DNA of 62,571 bases, filler included, from Hausera hauseri (Eukaryota): NCBI GenBank assembly GCA_046269625.1. It is 11 parts of 11 records of this genome, joined end to end, with 100 filler letters (N's around TTAATTAATTAA, not from the genome) between each part and the next. Parts side by side here need not be neighbours in the genome. Positions count along the whole stretch, not along the records: positions 58,517 to 62,571 come from JBJURY010790646.1; 10 more parts are not named here. One strand, given 5' to 3'. The position numbers and the translations under genes are program-made. Under the pieces are notes generated by a model. The model was not told where the DNA came from, made no database searches, and worked only from the letters and a program-made list of their open reading frames with translations. Positions 62,401-62,571 of the stretch are shown one piece after another. Position 1 is the stretch's first letter. The number at the start of each line of letters is the position of its first letter.

Positions 62401-62571
62401 AGAATTTTAAATTTCGCAATAAAAGAACAATGTAATCTACGATAATAATTCCAAAAACAGGTTCCAAAACTGCAATAGAAAAACAAGATCGATAAATTCA
62501 AAACACGTTTTTAAAGGCGAAAAACTGTTTATTATTAAAACAAAATTTTTTAAAAGAAATTCCTAACTTTA

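Overview
This window is not one locus. It is 11 contigs joined by 100-nt N44-TTAATTAATTAA-N44 linkers, and several contigs are themselves chimeric. Contents: (1) pieces of a very large, AT-rich Ty3/Gypsy LTR retroelement family (contigs 1, 5 and 11, probably 4 and possibly 3). It has a tRNA-Arg-type PBS, an elongated gag, a fibronectin-III-like single-pass membrane protein, and an apparently spliced 3' ORF whose RING finger is followed by read-through across the PPT into the LTR. (2) An intact 7-coding-exon teleost IRF5 gene. (3) A complete ~13.4-kb planorbid-like snail mitogenome with a rearranged gene order, fused to a bacterial ORF and an IS200/IS605-like end. (4) An ARM-TIR-SAM gene and a lipoxygenase PLAT remnant. 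(5) Mariner, hAT, RTE and MITE remnants, a second Gypsy family, and ADCK1-like and HOIL-1-like fragments. (6) A Maverick/Polinton (adintovirus-like) virion module with a duplicated small ORF and a TBP-like gene. A small repeat-spacer array (17-bp repeat, 16-bp spacers) sits beside a Gypsy integrase. The mix suggests a freshwater or aquarium-type sample of an AT-rich invertebrate (flatworm-like, by inference) plus snail, fish and bacteria. All homology calls come from motif recognition by eye; no searches were run, and tRNA/rRNA boundaries are approximate.
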